This document shows, piece after piece, positions 27,114 to 36,627 of a stretch of 47,792 bases of DNA. Numbering within the stretch: the first letter of the stretch is position 1; each line of letters opens with the position of its first letter. The notes under the pieces are model-generated. The model was not told the DNA's origin and did not search any database. It saw only the letters and a list, made by a program, of their open reading frames with translations. This DNA comes from Candidatus Levybacteria bacterium RIFCSPHIGHO2_01_FULL_40_16 (lineage in GTDB: Bacteria; Patescibacteriota; Microgenomatia; Levybacterales; UBA12049), in contig MFNS01000007.1 of assembly GCA_001783805.1 (NCBI GenBank), positions 155,975 through 203,766 of the forward strand, in the 5' to 3' direction. The position numbers and the translations under genes were made by a program.

Positions 27114-28796
27114 TTAGTTCCTTTCTATATCATATAAGGGTCCGACAATTTGTATATTAGCGGGAGCACGCAGATTAAAATAAGTTTTGAAAAAATCTCC
27201 GGAAAGACTTGGATCAGACGAATCTCCGCTGACGTGTACATTGGCCACCCGTCCTACCGACCAATCTACATCCACGTTTATTCCCGAAACGGAATTAAAA
27301 GGCGTAATGCCCCTATTTTGAAGTTCTGCTTTGACTCTTCCCGCATCCCAGGTATCGGTGCCCGCAGGATTTGGATTGGTGTTTTTATCTGTCTGGTAGA
27401 GATGTTCTTTAACGGATTGATCTGTCCGGGCAAGCATAATTACATTGACGATATCCGCAACTTCCTCTGATTTAAGCCAGGCAGTTTTATTATAGTCTCC
27501 TCTTGATCCCCAGTCGCAATAAAACCAAGGAGAATCTTTATCGTAAGCATTATTTTTCAGATCCGAAAAACTGGAAATATTTCCATTGCCGTCTTGTGCA
27601 TTTTTTGTCCAAGGGGTGGCGCTCCAGCCAATATCGCTTGAAGAGTGAATGTATCCGCCGTGAGTAGAAGAAAACCAGGCTTTAACCGGATTTCCGCCCT
27701 GGATCATGACCATTCCGGCAGTATCGTTAACTGCCTGTTCCCAGTTGCCTCCTTTAGGATTGTCTTGAAAAACTTGGCATTGTTCAGTCGTACAAATTGA
27801 GCCCGAGCCATTGTTGGTATAAGCCAAGGCATAAGATCTGGCAGCAATTGTCTGAGCTTTTAAGGCCTCCATTCCTCCCTGATTACCCCATTCATTGGGA
27901 ACTTCGTAGATACGTTTGACATAATCATCCAGAGAATAACCATGATAACCTTCAACATTAATTATTGCGTCTCTTTTTTCAATTGAGTCAAAATTATAAT
28001 ACGCTCTTAAGATTTGTTCGTATCCTTGTCCCGCCCTTGATCTGCCAAATGCTCCGTACTGATTTAAACCGACGCGGTTAGGAACGCCATAAGTGAAGAA
28101 ACCAAAGCCTCCGCCAAATCCCGGATCTTTTCCGATATCGCTGGAACATCTTCCCAGAGAGCTGGCAAAAAGGGGAATACCTAATGCAGATAGCCTTTGG
28201 GCTAAGATTTCTTGCTGTCTGGCGGACAGAACAGCAATCTTGTTTGAGAGATTTGCCTGGTAAGTTTTTGCCTCTATTACTACCTTGTCTAAAGAGGCTT
28301 TGATGACAGCCAATTTTGCCTCTTCACTTTCTAAATCTTTCTTTTTCTGTTCCAAATCGGTAATCGAGAGAGCAATGTTGGTAATAATTACTTTATCTTG
28401 ATCCGCTTTGGCTTTTTGATAGGCAATATTCTGGATGATTTCACTGGCCTGTGAGCTGGAAAGAAAATAGGAAAGCCAATTGGCATTGTAGCTGTCGATG
28501 TAATTTCTGGCAACTGTTTTGTCAAAAACTATCTTCTTTGCTTCCAGATTCTTATATCCATTGTCAATTTCCCGCTTCTTCCTGGCTAGATCAGCTTCTA
28601 TAAAAGCAACTCTTTCTTTTATGTTATTAAGCTGGGCTTCCAGCGGCGCGGTTGCGGCTTTAGATTGATTATATGCGGTTCTTAAATCCTTTAATTGCGT
28701 GTTAATATCGTCCAGCTCATCTCCATAAGTTTTACTAATGCCGGAGAAAACAAAAACAGTAAAGATTAAAATTACAAAATATAGAATTTTTTTCAT
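27114..28796 (-). CDS. SpoIID/LytB-domain cell-wall hydrolase with N-terminal coiled coil
   Basis: Signal peptide, coiled coil, GLNQYGA, EALKAQTIAARSYA, CTTEQCQV; start taken at MKKIL. Confidence 0.85.
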   Translation of the reverse strand: MKKILYFVILIFTVFVFSGISKTYGDELDDINTQLKDLRTAYNQSKAATAPLEAQLNNIKERVAFIEADLARKKREIDNGYKNLEAKKIVFDKTVARNYIDSYNANWLSYFLSSSQASEIIQNIAYQKAKADQDKVIITNIALSITDLEQKKKDLESEEAKLAVIKASLDKVVIEAKTYQANLSNKIAVLSARQQEILAQRLSALGIPLFASSLGRCSSDIGKDPGFGGGFGFFTYGVPNRVGLNQYGAFGRSRAGQGYEQILRAYYNFDSIEKRDAIINVEGYHGYSLDDYVKRIYEVPNEWGNQGGMEALKAQTIAARSYALAYTNNGSGSICTTEQCQVFQDNPKGGNWEQAVNDTAGMVMIQGGNPVKAWFSSTHGGYIHSSSDIGWSATPWTKNAQDGNGNISSFSDLKNNAYDKDSPWFYCDWGSRGDYNKTAWLKSEEVADIVNVIMLARTDQSVKEHLYQTDKNTNPNPAGTDTWDAGRVKAELQNRGITPFNSVSGINVDVDWSVGRVANVHVSGDSSDPSLSGDFFKTYFNLRAPANIQIVGPLYDIERN

Positions 28797-28856
28797 GGCA
28801 GCTTTGCCATTATAGCAAATGTTGCAAATGGACAGAATCAGTGATATAATCGGGGC

Positions 28857-29450
28857 ATGGAAGACAATTCGTTTCAATCGCCGATAAGCCAATTTAATTA
28901 TGCCTCTCCGGAAATACCCAAAAAACCAAAGAAGTTTATTTACCTGATCATTTTTTTGGTTATTTTAGTTGGTTTCTTCCTAATCAAAAATTTATTTTTT
29001 GGATCAAGTGAACAAAAAGAAACGTCTGTTGTGACTCCAACCCCAACCGAATTTCAATTTCCAACTGACACTCCGGCTGCAAGCATTAGTCCAACTTCAG
29101 GACCAAATCAGCCAACTGCAGTTCCAACTGTCAAGCCGATAAATCCTATCGATCAGTCAACAGGCCTGGACAGAAGTACCCTTTCAATTAAGGTTCAAAA
29201 TGGCTCTGGCGAAACAGGCGTTGCGGCCAAAGGCGCAGACGTGCTGAAAAGTTTTGGCTATAAAATTACCTCAACCGGTAATGCCGATAATTATAATTAT
29301 GAAAACGTAACTATTCAAGTAAAAAGCACAAAAAGCAATTTCCTGGCGCTTTTGAAAAAAGATTTAGGCTTTAGCTACACTGTCGGAAGTGCTTCGGCAG
29401 ATTTATCTTCGGATTCCACCTCCGATGCTCTGGTAATTATTGGGAAATAA
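28857..29450 (+). CDS. Membrane-anchored LytR C-terminal domain protein
   Basis: TM, PT-rich linker, VQNGSGETGVAA..TGNADNY. Confidence 0.85.
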   Translation: MEDNSFQSPISQFNYASPEIPKKPKKFIYLIIFLVILVGFFLIKNLFFGSSEQKETSVVTPTPTEFQFPTDTPAASISPTSGPNQPTAVPTVKPINPIDQSTGLDRSTLSIKVQNGSGETGVAAKGADVLKSFGYKITSTGNADNYNYENVTIQVKSTKSNFLALLKKDLGFSYTVGSASADLSSDSTSDALVIIGK

Positions 29451-29490
29451 AATTTATAATTGTTATAATAATTATAAATCTTATATACCT

Positions 29491-30156
29491 ATGGAAATAA
29501 TCCCCGGAATTTTGGAAAAGGATTGGACGAAAATTAAAAAAAAATTGGAAATTGTCAAACCTTTTGCAAAATCGGCTCACATAGATATTCTGGACGGAAA
29601 ATTTGCCCCCAACACCACTTTTTTAGACCCAACCCCGTTTGTTAAATATAGTCATTCTTCGACAGGCTCAGGATTGTTTTTGGAGCTGCACATGATGGTT
29701 GAAGAGCCAATTCAATATTTGAAACCTTTTTCGGATGTAGGATTTAAAAGATTTATCGGGCATGTTGAATGCCTCCGCCAGCCGGCGGATCAGGCTGAAT
29801 TTGTCACTAAAGCACGTGAATTGGGAGAAGTCGGGTTAGCAATTGACGGACAGACACCACTAACAAATCTTAAAGTTTCTTTAACCGATTTAGATTGCGT
29901 TTTGATAATGACCATCAAAGCCGGATTTTCCGGACAAAAATTTAATCCGGAGTATTTGAAAAAAGTTGAGATTCTTCGCTCCGCTCGGGATGACATCAAT
30001 ATAGAAGTGGATGGAGGAATTAATGATAAAACAATTACTCAGGCAATTCAGGCCGGCGCGGATAGATTTGTTGCAAACAGCTTTATCTTTAATTCACCAA
30101 ATCCTCAAGAACAATTTGATATATTAAAGAATATTGCCGAAACCCGCCTTCGTTAA
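29491..30156 (+). CDS. rpe: Ribulose-phosphate 3-epimerase
   Basis: HIDILDGKF, ELHMMV, IMTIKAGFSGQ, EVDGGI, GAD; start taken at MEIIP. Confidence 0.92.
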   Translation: MEIIPGILEKDWTKIKKKLEIVKPFAKSAHIDILDGKFAPNTTFLDPTPFVKYSHSSTGSGLFLELHMMVEEPIQYLKPFSDVGFKRFIGHVECLRQPADQAEFVTKARELGEVGLAIDGQTPLTNLKVSLTDLDCVLIMTIKAGFSGQKFNPEYLKKVEILRSARDDINIEVDGGINDKTITQAIQAGADRFVANSFIFNSPNPQEQFDILKNIAETRLR

Positions 30157-30177
30157 AACTTCGGCGGGCGAGGGGAG

Positions 30178-30381
30178 GTGAAGAAAATGGCGGAGGAAAA
30201 AATGATGTGCGCAGGACATGCGGGCAAAAAATACATGCTTTTCGGAGTCTTGGCAATAGTCTATGGAGTTATAAATTACATGATCAGTGTTATGGGCTGG
30301 CAGCCATACATGGCTTGGATTGCAGGAGGAGTTATTTTGCTTTTAGTTGCCTGGACAAAGGGGTCAATGAACAAAGCTTAA
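30178..30381 (+). CDS. Small two-TM hypothetical protein
   Basis: Two hydrophobic helices; GGAGG upstream, adjoining the repeat element (alternative ATG at 30187). Confidence 0.65.
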   Translation: MKKMAEEKMMCAGHAGKKYMLFGVLAIVYGVINYMISVMGWQPYMAWIAGGVILLLVAWTKGSMNKA

Positions 30382-30399
30382 AGTTAATTTTTAATTTAT

Positions 30400-32586
30400 T
30401 TATTGATTAACCGGTGTCGGTGAGGGGTGCGGACAAGTGACGCAATACGTCTGATTTGTGGCATCGGTGACGACCAGTTCGTCTTTTTCTTCAACATTAT
30501 CTGTTTGATTTGGAGCCGCTAAGTCTTGTGTGGTTTTATCTACCCTTACCTTTTGCAGCCCAGGGTCAACTCTCCAAGGATCAGTTCCTACAATGAAATA
30601 TTCAAATCTGGTTTCACAGCGATTAGACGTTCCGTCCGGAGACGGAATCAATCCGGATAAAGAACAAACTTTTTTCTGAATTATGCCGGGCGGACGGGAA
30701 ATCGGATGGGGGCTTTTATCTTTGAGAAGATAAGTCATAATCTCATGCCAGATGGGAGCTGCTCCGGTAATGCCTGAAGCAATATTGTTCATTGGGGTAT
30801 TATCATTATTTCCTACCCAGCTGGCTACTACATACTCGGGGGTGTAACCAAATGTCCAGTTATCGCGGAAATCATTGGTGGTTCCTGTTTTAACAGAAAC
30901 TGTTTGATTTGCTATTTTTAAGGATGAGCTGGGTCCGAACTCCAAAAGTCTGGCATTGTTATCAGCCAAAATGTCGGAAATTATAAAAGAAACTCCTTCC
31001 GGTAAAACCTTTTTGCCGAAAATCGGAGAAGGCGGAGGATTGTATTCCTCTATAACTTTGCCGTGATTGTCCATAATTTTAAGAATGGGGTGAAGATTAA
31101 TTCTGTACCCGTTGTTGGCAAAAACTCCGTAGGCGGTAACCATTTCCAGCATCGTCACTTCTCCTCCGCCCAAAGTTAGCGATAAACCATATCTTTCAGG
31201 CTCCGAAAAACTTGTGATTCCCATTGCCGATGCGGTGGCAATCATGGCGTCAACGCCATTAAGCTTGAGCATTTTAACCGCCGGAATATTTATAGAATTA
31301 CCCAGAGCATAACGCATTTGCAGTATTCCGTGCCACTTACCGTCGTAATTAACCGGACAATATTGCTTGTCCTCAACGGTTGGAAAACAAATCGGCACAT
31401 CTGCAAAAGCGGTCGCACCGGTATATCCCTTAATTAGCCCCACGGCATAATTAATGGGTTTTATAGAAGAGCCGGGCTGTCTTAAGGCAAGCGTGATATT
31501 GACGTTGCCGTCAATTTTTTCATCAAAATAATCTTTGCTGCCAACCATTGCCAGAATTTCTCCGGTTGCAGGATTGGTGACCAGAGCGGATCCGTTAGTG
31601 ACATGGTATCCCCGGAGCCTATCGATATTTTCTGTCACGACATTTTGGGCCTCTTCCTGAATTTTAGAATCAAGAGAGGTAACAACCTGCAATCCTCCTT
31701 CTTCAACCATTTTTTCTCCATACTTTTTGATCAGAAGATCCTTAACATACAAAACGAAATGGGGAGCGGAAATATTGTTGAAAAACTTTTGAAATTTTAG
31801 GGTTTCTTTGATTGCGGAATCCTTTTGTTTAAGCGTAATGTATTTTTGCTCAAACATTTTGTTAAGTATTTCCTCCTGGCGTTTTTTGGCAAATTCCGGG
31901 TGAGAGCCGAACGGGGAATTGGTAGTTGGAGCTTCAGGCAGGCCGGCTAACAAAGCCGACTCTGCCAAAGTTAAATCGCGGGCCTTTTTACCAAAAAAAA
32001 TCTGGGAAGCTGCTTCAACTCCGTAAGTTGTTCCTCCGTAGGGAATTTGATTAAGATACATTTCCAGAATTTTATCTTTTGGATAAATCGCCTCGGTTGC
32101 AAAAGCCAGAATTACCTCTTTAATTTTCCTCAAGATTGTCTGCTCGGGAGTTAAGAGACTATTTTTTACCAGCTGTTGGGTGAGAGTTGATCCTCCCTGG
32201 AGCTCTTTGCGAATAATAATTGAAACCAAAGATCTAAAAATTCCTCTAAAGTCCACTGCTCCATGGTTATAAAAATCTTTGTCTTCAATCGCAATTGTTG
32301 CCTCCTGCATCTGTTTGGGAATAGCGGAAAGAGGAATAAAAGTTTGATTCTTATTGGAATAAATAGAATAAAGCAGTTTTTGGTCGCGATCAAAAATTTG
32401 AGTTGCCTGGGGAGTAGTTGAGCTATTTAATCTCGTCGGCAGAGGAAGGTCTTTGAGTATAAAAAAATAGGTTGTACCAATAAAACCGACTATCAGAAGA
32501 ACAATAAACAGCAAAAACCAGGCGTGTTTCTTTCTAAACTTTTTCAACTTTTTTAATTTAGGTCTTAAAATGCTTGAAACTTTCAT
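30400..32586 (-). CDS. Class A penicillin-binding protein (PBP1A family)
   Basis: EDKDFYNHG, GGSTLTQQLVKN, RKIKE, SSIK, SIN, KTG; start taken at MKVSS (32586). Confidence 0.95.
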   Translation of the reverse strand: MKVSSILRPKLKKLKKFRKKHAWFLLFIVLLIVGFIGTTYFFILKDLPLPTRLNSSTTPQATQIFDRDQKLLYSIYSNKNQTFIPLSAIPKQMQEATIAIEDKDFYNHGAVDFRGIFRSLVSIIIRKELQGGSTLTQQLVKNSLLTPEQTILRKIKEVILAFATEAIYPKDKILEMYLNQIPYGGTTYGVEAASQIFFGKKARDLTLAESALLAGLPEAPTTNSPFGSHPEFAKKRQEEILNKMFEQKYITLKQKDSAIKETLKFQKFFNNISAPHFVLYVKDLLIKKYGEKMVEEGGLQVVTSLDSKIQEEAQNVVTENIDRLRGYHVTNGSALVTNPATGEILAMVGSKDYFDEKIDGNVNITLALRQPGSSIKPINYAVGLIKGYTGATAFADVPICFPTVEDKQYCPVNYDGKWHGILQMRYALGNSINIPAVKMLKLNGVDAMIATASAMGITSFSEPERYGLSLTLGGGEVTMLEMVTAYGVFANNGYRINLHPILKIMDNHGKVIEEYNPPPSPIFGKKVLPEGVSFIISDILADNNARLLEFGPSSSLKIANQTVSVKTGTTNDFRDNWTFGYTPEYVVASWVGNNDNTPMNNIASGITGAAPIWHEIMTYLLKDKSPHPISRPPGIIQKKVCSLSGLIPSPDGTSNRCETRFEYFIVGTDPWRVDPGLQKVRVDKTTQDLAAPNQTDNVEEKDELVVTDATNQTYCVTCPHPSPTPVNQ

Positions 32587-32614
32587 TTCTGTATAATAAC
32601 ATGATAATGCTGAT

Positions 32615-33721
32615 ATGTTAAGCTTTAATTTCTTAAAAGATGCAGGTGTCAGCGGGAAAAAGGTTTTTTTGAGAGCAGACCTTGACGTTCCGCTTGCAAA
32701 TGGGGGAATCGAGGATGATACCAGATTGCTGTCTGCGATTCCTACACTTGAATATCTTTTAAGCCAGGGTGCCAAAATTATTCTTGCCGGGCATTTGGGT
32801 AGGCCGGAAGGGATTAATAAGAGTTTGAGTTTGGAACCGATAGCCAAGTGGTTTGCGAAACAATTAACAATTAACAATTTACAATTAACAAAAATCGGAG
32901 AGTTTGAGGGGTGGGAAATTGGGCCAAATATTTTTCTTTTGGAAAATCTGCGTTTTTTTGCCGGAGAAGAAAAAAATGATCCGGGATTTGCCAAGCAATT
33001 AGCTAATCTGGCAGATATTTATGTCAATGAAGCGTTTGCAGATTCCCACAGAAATCATGCATCAATTACCGGTGTGCCAAAATATCTACCAGGTTTTGCC
33101 GGACTGCATTTACAGCAAGAGATAGAAGTTTTATCAAAAGTTTTAGAGAAACCTAAACGTCCTTTGGTTGTGGTGATTGGCGGGGCAAAATTGGAAACAA
33201 AACTTCCTTTGGTTGAAAAAATGCATCATCTCGCAGATTACGTTTTGGTGGGCGGAAAAATTGCTAGAGATGTGAAAACTTTATTAAAAATACAGCATGA
33301 GAAAATTGAAGGAAGAAAGTCAGCACTTTTAATTGCAGATTTAAATCTGGATGAAACAGATGTCACGCCAAAAAGCATCGAGAATTTTCTGCAGATTATT
33401 GATCTGGCAAGAACTGTTGTTTGGAACGGCCCTTTGGGAAAAATTTCAGATAACAAAATGGAAATGGCAAAAAGCGAGGATGGAAGCAGAAAATTGGCGG
33501 AAGGACTGGTTAAGAGTAGTGCCTATACGATTGTCGGGGGAGGAGATACGGTTGGATTTTTGGAAAAAGCCTGTCTTTTGGATAAATTCGCCTGTCTGCC
33601 CAAAAACAGATGTTTTCTTTCAACCGGCGGCGGCGCCATGCTTAGTTTTCTCTCCGGTGAAAAACTCCCCGGCCTGGAGGCTTTAAAAGCCCGCCCGACT
33701 TCGCCTGCGACACTGGCTTAA
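32615..33721 (+). CDS. pgk: Phosphoglycerate kinase
   Basis: RADLDVP, HLGRP, LLENLRF, SHRNHAS, GGAK, WNGP, GGGDT, STGGGA. Confidence 0.95.
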   Translation: MLSFNFLKDAGVSGKKVFLRADLDVPLANGGIEDDTRLLSAIPTLEYLLSQGAKIILAGHLGRPEGINKSLSLEPIAKWFAKQLTINNLQLTKIGEFEGWEIGPNIFLLENLRFFAGEEKNDPGFAKQLANLADIYVNEAFADSHRNHASITGVPKYLPGFAGLHLQQEIEVLSKVLEKPKRPLVVVIGGAKLETKLPLVEKMHHLADYVLVGGKIARDVKTLLKIQHEKIEGRKSALLIADLNLDETDVTPKSIENFLQIIDLARTVVWNGPLGKISDNKMEMAKSEDGSRKLAEGLVKSSAYTIVGGGDTVGFLEKACLLDKFACLPKNRCFLSTGGGAMLSFLSGEKLPGLEALKARPTSPATLA

Positions 33722-33794
33722 TGACAACCTAAACTGGTTAGGCAAAGTCGGGCGGGCTTGACTTTCATTCCAACGTGTGGTATACATTAGACAT

Positions 33795-34037
33795 ATGATA
33801 CGGACACAAATATATTTGCCTCAACAACTCTATCAAGCAATTGATCTGGTGGCAAAAAAAGAGAAAAAAGCTAAGGCTCAAGTTATTCGTGAGGCTTTGG
33901 AGAAAGATATGGAGAGGAAACAAGGTAATGCCGGAGAAACATTGCTAAAACTTGCAGCGATGGCAAAAAAATATAATTGGAAAGGGCCAAAAGATTTGTC
34001 TGTGAATCACGACAAATATCTCTACGAAAAAACATGA
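33795..34037 (+). CDS. Ribbon-helix-helix antitoxin (VapB/CopG-like)
   Basis: MIRTQIYLP..AQVIREAL..PKDLSVNHDKYLY. Confidence 0.85.
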   Translation: MIRTQIYLPQQLYQAIDLVAKKEKKAKAQVIREALEKDMERKQGNAGETLLKLAAMAKKYNWKGPKDLSVNHDKYLYEKT

Positions 34038-34453
34038 ATACGCCCCTGATTATAGATACCAGCGCTTTTATTTCTTTAGGAAGCATTACAGATAGCAACT
34101 ACAAGAAAGCGCAATTCATAAGCAGTCGGATCAAAAAGGAGAATAGGAAAATCATTGTTCCAGGAGATATTTTTACAGAAACTATGAATGTGATAGGTAG
34201 ACAAATAGGCCATAAAGGGGCAATCATACAGGCAAAGAACATTTTTCTGGATAGAAGCTTATCGATTGCCGAAATGACTTCTCAAATCCGTCAAAGAGCT
34301 CTGGATAAATTTAAAAAACAGTCCGAGTCTGTAAGTTTTACGGATTGCATAGTCATGGCTTTTGCCGATGAATATGGGACAAGAGAAATTTTTGGATTTG
34401 ATGAAGCATTTCGCAAGAACGGATATATAAGAATGGGGATAGACAAGAAGTAA
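34034..34453 (+). CDS. PIN-domain toxin (VapC-like)
   Basis: IIDTSAFI, E, SFTDC, FGFDEAF; ATGA overlap with the antitoxin. Confidence 0.9.
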   Translation: MNTPLIIDTSAFISLGSITDSNYKKAQFISSRIKKENRKIIVPGDIFTETMNVIGRQIGHKGAIIQAKNIFLDRSLSIAEMTSQIRQRALDKFKKQSESVSFTDCIVMAFADEYGTREIFGFDEAFRKNGYIRMGIDKK

Positions 34454-34491
34454 TTCTTTGGTGAAAAACTCCCCGGCTTAGAAGCGCTGAC

Positions 34492-34806
34492 CTAATGTTT
34501 CTTTGGACCGCCACTTGATTTTAATGCACCTAAAGTTCTTAATTTCCTTTGTAATTCAAACATCGTATCACGAGCTTCCATTCTATTGGAAACTCTTTCT
34601 TCAAGATCGTCATCAATTTTTAGAGCAATACACATCTTTGTAATACTACGTATTTGTTTATCTGTTGGTGGGAGCTTATGCCAAGCATTCTTTTCGGCTA
34701 ATGATTTTTTGGGTTTGTCAACGGTTGTCATTCCTTCCCCTGATTTTGTAGAAGCAAATTCTCCCCCAAGCCTTAGCTGTGTTGGCTTGATCCCGACGGT
34801 TTCCAT
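34492..34806 (-). CDS. Hypothetical protein
   Basis: 104-aa ORF filling the gap, with a PPTDKQI motif; no family assigned. Confidence 0.55.
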   Translation of the reverse strand: METVGIKPTQLRLGGEFASTKSGEGMTTVDKPKKSLAEKNAWHKLPPTDKQIRSITKMCIALKIDDDLEERVSNRMEARDTMFELQRKLRTLGALKSSGGPKKH

Positions 34807-34904
34807 AAGAAAAATATAACAGATTGTTTTACTTGAGTCAAACTATGGGGCACGAGCTTATAAATCCTCTTGATGGATTTTCCGAAAACCTTTATACTGA
34901 TTGT

Positions 34905-35972
34905 ATGATTCGAGTTGCAATTAACGGATACGGCCGGATTGGCAGGGTAGCGCACCGGGTAATTTTGGAAAAACACGCTTCAGAAATTGAAGTTGTAGCA
35001 ATTAATGCTGGGAGCTCAACGGATATAAAAGGTTGGATGTACCTGCTAAAGTATGATACGACGTATCATACTTTAAGTTCAAAGTTCAAAGTTCAAAGTT
35101 CAAAGTTAAGCGACGGAGAAAACGTAGGAACGTTAAAAGATTGCATAGGATATTTAATTATTAATAACCAAGAAATTCCGGTGTTCTCGCAGAAAGATCC
35201 CAGCCTTTTACCCTGGAAAGATTTAAATGTTGATGTTGTAATTGAGTCAACCGGCTGGTTTCTGACTCAAGAAAAATTGCAAGCTCATTTAACCGCCGGA
35301 GCCAAAAAAGTAGTCTTGTCAGCACCTTCCAGGGGAGGAGAGATTCCCACATACGTTTTATCGGTTAATGACCAAAACTATAAAAGTGAAGATTTAATCA
35401 ACAATGCTTCCTGCACAACCAATTCTATAGCTCCGGTTGCCAGAATTATGGTGGATAAATTCGGAGTAGAAAAAGCCATGATGACGACAATTCACGGTTA
35501 TACTCAAGATCAAAGATTGCAGGATGGCGGACACAAAGATTACAGACGGGCCAGGGCGGCTGCGGAAAATATAATTCCAACTTCAACCGGCGCAACGATT
35601 GCAGCTGCAGAAGCAATACCGGAGCTTTCGGGAATATTTAACGGGTTGGCGATCAGAGTTCCGATTGCAGTCGGATCGTTGTCTGATTTTACCTTTTTAT
35701 TAAAAAAACCAACAACTAAAGAAAAAGTCAACGAAGTTTTTAAAAAGGCAGCAGAAGATTCAAGATTTAAGGGGATATTGGAAGTGACTGAAGATCCAAT
35801 TGTATCAAGCGATATTATTGGTAACTCTTGCTCTGCGATTGTTGATTTATCTCTTACTCAAGTGGTTGGCGGAAATATGGTCAAAATTATTGCTTGGTAT
35901 GACAATGAATTCGGTTACGCCAATAGGCTGGTTGAAGAAGTCATTTTAATTGGCGGAGGCATTTCAAAATGA
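34905..35972 (+). CDS. gap: Type I glyceraldehyde-3-phosphate dehydrogenase
   Basis: INGYGRIGR, ASCTTN, NIIPTSTGA, WYDNEFGY; start taken at MIRVA. Confidence 0.97.
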   Translation: MIRVAINGYGRIGRVAHRVILEKHASEIEVVAINAGSSTDIKGWMYLLKYDTTYHTLSSKFKVQSSKLSDGENVGTLKDCIGYLIINNQEIPVFSQKDPSLLPWKDLNVDVVIESTGWFLTQEKLQAHLTAGAKKVVLSAPSRGGEIPTYVLSVNDQNYKSEDLINNASCTTNSIAPVARIMVDKFGVEKAMMTTIHGYTQDQRLQDGGHKDYRRARAAAENIIPTSTGATIAAAEAIPELSGIFNGLAIRVPIAVGSLSDFTFLLKKPTTKEKVNEVFKKAAEDSRFKGILEVTEDPIVSSDIIGNSCSAIVDLSLTQVVGGNMVKIIAWYDNEFGYANRLVEEVILIGGGISK

Positions 35973-36559
35973 AGAAAGAGCCGGTTAAATTGCCCAATAT
36001 CCGCATGATTACTGTTTCCGGCCGGATTGCTTCAGGTTCTACAACTTTAGGTCATAAGCTTGCCGGGATTTTGGGTTGGCGTCATGTTGAAGGAGGAGAG
36101 GTTTTTTGGGAAGCAGTTCGTACGAAAATGGGACTTTTGGAGAAAGATACAAATTTGCGTCCCGACAAGGAAGATGAAGATTTCGATAAATCCTTGAAGC
36201 AAATACTAACCGGTGGAAAAAATCTAATTTTGGAAACGAAACTGTCCGGATTTAATGCGCAGAAAATTCCCGGAGTTTTCAAAATTGCAGTTATCTGTGA
36301 GGATGAAATGGGGCATGACAAAGTGGACATCCGGATTGACAGGCTGATAAATCGGGAAAAAATTTCAATAGAGCGGGCAAAAGAAGAGGTAATCGAGCGG
36401 GAAAAAAATGACTTGGAAAAGTGGAGGAGGATTTATGCGGAAGGGGATAAGAATTGGGTTTATTGGGATAAAAAATATTATGACTTGGTAATCAATACCT
36501 ACTCACACAATCAAGACGAAACCCTAGAATACGCTCTTCAGAGATTAGGCTACAGCTAA
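35969..36559 (+). CDS. Cytidylate-kinase-like P-loop kinase
   Basis: ITVSGRIASGSTT P-loop variant, R...RE, YYDLVINT. Confidence 0.75.
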   Translation: MKKEPVKLPNIRMITVSGRIASGSTTLGHKLAGILGWRHVEGGEVFWEAVRTKMGLLEKDTNLRPDKEDEDFDKSLKQILTGGKNLILETKLSGFNAQKIPGVFKIAVICEDEMGHDKVDIRIDRLINREKISIERAKEEVIEREKNDLEKWRRIYAEGDKNWVYWDKKYYDLVINTYSHNQDETLEYALQRLGYS

Positions 36560-36627
36560 AAATATATAGCAAGTACTCTGGATATAGTTTTAATGTAAGA
36601 CTTATAGTGTGATATAATTCACCGAAT

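Larger units (their letters stand above)
33656..34477 (+). repeat. 18-bp direct repeat of the pgk 3' end flanking a TA cassette
   Basis: ggtgaaaaactccccggc at 33656-73 and 34460-77. Confidence 0.85.

Noticed and set aside
32587-32994. N-terminal extension of the PBP ORF
   Set aside because: It is antisense to pgk; a TGT-TATTAT box 6 nt before ATG 32586 supports the shorter start.
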